Positions 59,636-64,000 of a stretch of 64,000 nt of DNA are shown in pieces. Numbering within the stretch: position 1 is the first letter of the stretch; every line of letters begins with the position of its first letter. The position numbers and the translations under genes are program-made. Below the pieces are notes generated by a model that saw nothing but the letters and a program-made list of their open reading frames with translations, was not told the origin of the DNA and did not search any database. Origin of the DNA: Gemmatimonadota bacterium (GTDB lineage: Bacteria > Gemmatimonadota > Gemmatimonadetes > Gemmatimonadales > JACORV01); NCBI GenBank assembly GCA_041476105.1, contig JBGOSS010000001.1, positions 16,297 through 80,296 on the forward strand, read 5' to 3'.

Positions 59636-60367
59636 TCACGAGGAAGCAAGTGCGTCGTCATTGCTCCGCCCAAGCGACAGGACGACCGATCGCACGTACC
59701 CAAAGGGCGGTAGATGGCTGGTGTTGGCTCGGCGCAACCCGTCGAGCGCTGCAAGCAGGTGCGCACGCCATGACGGAGGAATCTTCTCAGCACCTGCCGA
59801 CAGAATCACTTCATAGAGACCCGCTCTGTAGGGCACCAATCCTGAACTCTGACGTACCGCCAAGACTCGCACAACAGCCTGATGGAGTTGCTCTGGGCTG
59901 ATTGTCTTGCTGGGCAAGAGTACGGTGTCATACGGATGGCTCGTCGGGTGCCGGAATAGCGTGGCCCGCATCTCCGACACCGGTGCGTCTGTCGCCCGAT
60001 CTCGAACCGCCAGTAGCATTGGAAGCCTCTCTAGAGATGGGCTCCTGCTGCGCGACTGAAGGTCGGCAGTTACAGAGTCGCTTCTGCCGTACAGACGTGC
60101 AATGGCCGCCGCGACGACCATGTCTGAAGAGTCAAGGTGTGCGGCAATTGCCGCATCCATCGTCGGCCCGGGGCCCTGAGCCGGAAGTGGCCCTTCCAAA
60201 GCGCGAAGCACGATGTCCTTCGCGCTCGGGGGCAGCAGGGCTAGGATTTCCACTAACGCGGACCGATCAAGGCCATCCGGAATCCGCGCTTCCCGGCCAT
60301 CGGAGAGACGAAACACATGCTGGGGGTCATAGCCAGATTCGCCGGGCTCAGGGGAGGGCGGCCTCAA
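59636..60367 (-). CDS. Hypothetical protein, apparent paralog of 58789-59499 (no signal peptide, possibly 5'-eroded)
   Basis: Colinear similarity blocks to the lipoprotein visible by eye. Confidence 0.6.
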   Translation of the reverse strand: MRPPSPEPGESGYDPQHVFRLSDGREARIPDGLDRSALVEILALLPPSAKDIVLRALEGPLPAQGPGPTMDAAIAAHLDSSDMVVAAAIARLYGRSDSVTADLQSRSRSPSLERLPMLLAVRDRATDAPVSEMRATLFRHPTSHPYDTVLLPSKTISPEQLHQAVVRVLAVRQSSGLVPYRAGLYEVILSAGAEKIPPSWRAHLLAALDGLRRANTSHLPPFGYVRSVVLSLGRSNDDALASS

Positions 60368-60564
60368 CGCGCGTGCGAGCGCAGGTCAGCATGCGCCTTC
60401 ATTTCAGCCTGCGCAGTGGCCGATAGGACCCGTCCTCGGCGGTTCACCGCCTGGCGGTACGAACGGGTGAGGGTCTGTACCGAGTCCAGCAGTCTCATTC
60501 TGACATTCACCATAGCGTACTGTCGAAAACCAGACAACCGTGGCAAATGCCTAGCCGTCGCTCG

Positions 60565-60797
60565 GACCCCACCGCGCACTTCCGGCCCCAGGTGGACGGC
60601 GACCTGGTCGAGGACGGCGTCTGCGCCGTGCTCATCGCCGAGAAGCTCGGCCTGAGCCAGCCGACCCTCAGCGAGCACATGCGGGTCTTCACCCAGGCGG
60701 GGCTGGTGCGGGGCAAGAAGATCAAGCAGTGGACCTCCACAAGCGCGACGAAAAGCGCATCCGGGAGGTCAAGCGGGCCATCGCCGGGCAGGTCTTG
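60565..60797 (+). pseudogene. 5'-truncated, frameshifted ArsR/SmtB-family regulator
   Basis: DPTAHF...GVCAVLIAEKLGLSQPTLSEHMRV...GLV...KQWT, then a 1-nt shift into HKRDEKRIRE. Confidence 0.75.
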
Positions 60798-60870
60798 TTT
60801 GCCTTCAGCCTTCGGCCTTCAGCCTTCAGCCATTTGACAATCCTCCCCGCCCGCCCGTAGCGTGCCAACC

Positions 60871-60876
<6 letters not shown>
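60794..60876 (+). repeat. 83-bp direct repeat, right copy; promoter and start of the kinase gene
   Basis: TTGACA 60834-60839, TAGCGT 60858-60863, ATG 60871. Confidence 0.95.
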
Positions 60877-62877
<2,001 letters not shown>

Positions 62878-62892
62878 GCCGGCGCGCCGACA

Positions 62893-64000
62893 CTACCTGA
62901 CCGCGGGTTGACCGCTCTCCATTCCGGCAATCAAGTCGAGCAACCCCGCCGCTTCCCACGATTGATTGCGCCGCATTGCCGACAGCGGAATCAGCACTCC
63001 AGCGTTCTTCAGCTGCTCGATTGCCTCATATACCGCTGCTTTCGCGCGCCCGGTGGCTGCCGTGGCCAGCGGCGCGGTGATCATGGGGTGCGCCGGTAAC
63101 ACGTCGATCAGCGCCCAGGCGGCGGCGCCGGCTCTGGGTGCGGTGGGGGAGGCGGAGAGTTGATTTCGCCATGTTGTCGTCAGTGCCTCGATGGCGTTCA
63201 GGTACGCCTTGGCCAGATGCGCCGCTCGAGCCGACGCATCCGCGAAGTACTCGATCCACTTTCCGACTTCAGTTCCCCGGAAACTGGTGAGCCCCTCGAT
63301 GTAGCGCGTCTTCGCCGCGGCGAGGGCGACGCTGATGGGAGGCACGTAGCGAGGTGCGATTCCTCTGCGACGCAGCACGACGTGGATGAGTGCGCGCCCC
63401 GTGCGTCCATTGCCGTCCTCGAACGGATGGATGGTTTCGAATTGCGCGTGCACCAGTGCCGCCTGCACCAGTGGCGGGAGCCGGTCGTCGTTGATTGCCT
63501 CGCACAAGTCGGACAGCAGCTCGTCAACATCTTCGGGTGGGGGCGGGACAAAGTCTGCGCCGCACGGGTTGTGATCGTTTCCGCCGATCCAGTCTTGTCG
63601 GGTTCGGGTTTGACCTGCGATGCGTTTGTTCTCGGCTCGCTCCAGCAGCCGCCGGTGGATGGCCGTGATCTGGGAAACGTCGAACCTCCCGGCGAGTGCC
63701 GCTCTGTCGACCGCGAGGACCATCGCATCGATATTCGCGAGAACGTCCATCGCTGTGGCGCCGGCGTGGTGTCCCGATTCCACTCGCGCCTCAGCGCGTG
63801 CGAGTTCGCGAACACCCAGCTGCATGCCCTCGACCTTCGATGAGGCAATCGATTCGGTTCGCAGCAGCAGGCGCGCCAGGGGGGCGAGCGGTGGCCCGGC
63901 ACTCTCGTTCAAGGCGCGAATGGCGTGCTCCGCCTCCGACACGATTCCTGCGATGGTTGCGTCAAGATTGAGCGACATGTCCATGAGCTTGTCGGGTACG
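62893..64000 (-). CDS. Fic-family protein (5' end probably outside the window)
   Basis: HPFEDGNGRTGR Fic motif, ESIASSKVEG; frame open to the window edge. Confidence 0.9.
   Translation of the reverse strand, partial: VPDKLMDMSLNLDATIAGIVSEAEHAIRALNESAGPPLAPLARLLLRTESIASSKVEGMQLGVRELARAEARVESGHHAGATAMDVLANIDAMVLAVDRAALAGRFDVSQITAIHRRLLERAENKRIAGQTRTRQDWIGGNDHNPCGADFVPPPPEDVDELLSDLCEAINDDRLPPLVQAALVHAQFETIHPFEDGNGRTGRALIHVVLRRRGIAPRYVPPISVALAAAKTRYIEGLTSFRGTEVGKWIEYFADASARAAHLAKAYLNAIEALTTTWRNQLSASPTAPRAGAAAWALIDVLPAHPMITAPLATAATGRAKAAVYEAIEQLKNAGVLIPLSAMRRNQSWEAAGLLDLIAGMESGQPAVR

Overview
Very GC-rich bacterial chromosomal segment. Gene content and order (mfd-ppiC-surA-pdxA, ftsEX-envC, PAS hybrid kinases, membrane Ser/Thr kinase) suggest a diderm, plausibly Gemmatimonadota (inference only). 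The left half is mostly minus-strand: a metal-uptake operon led by a CxxC/RAPP leader ORF, nfo, a MerR-HTH/coiled-coil protein, and a long coupled run (GT9-ROK-PfkB-STAS/GHKL-STAS/wHTH-PLP lyase-ftsE-ftsX-envC-Zn ribbon). A ~12.4 kb Wsp-like chemosensory block plus a DcmR-like regulator lies between lepA and a collapsed 'mini-lepA' scar. The right half holds DUF72, an M28 peptidase, DUF4384, DUF58/BatA, mfd, PPIases, pdxA, hlyC/CDF, typA, an AI-2E transporter, a cytochrome c-TPR and DUF2911. It ends with a ~3 kb AT-richer insert bounded by an 83-bp duplicated promoter+start codon, a Ser/Thr kinase and a partial Fic gene. No rRNA, tRNA, CRISPR, integrase or transposase was seen. Most notable: (1) hepta/octamer tandem arrays, often as inverted pairs and in frame inside genes; (2) two accessory blocks each bounded by duplicated promoter/start-codon scars; (3) an uncharacterised secreted Asp-box-hairpin protein with two paralogous partner proteins; (4) a STAS-GHKL / STAS-wHTH pair with no sigma factor nearby; (5) repeated leaderless promoters and non-canonical starts. 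All family calls come from motif recognition by eye, not database searches.
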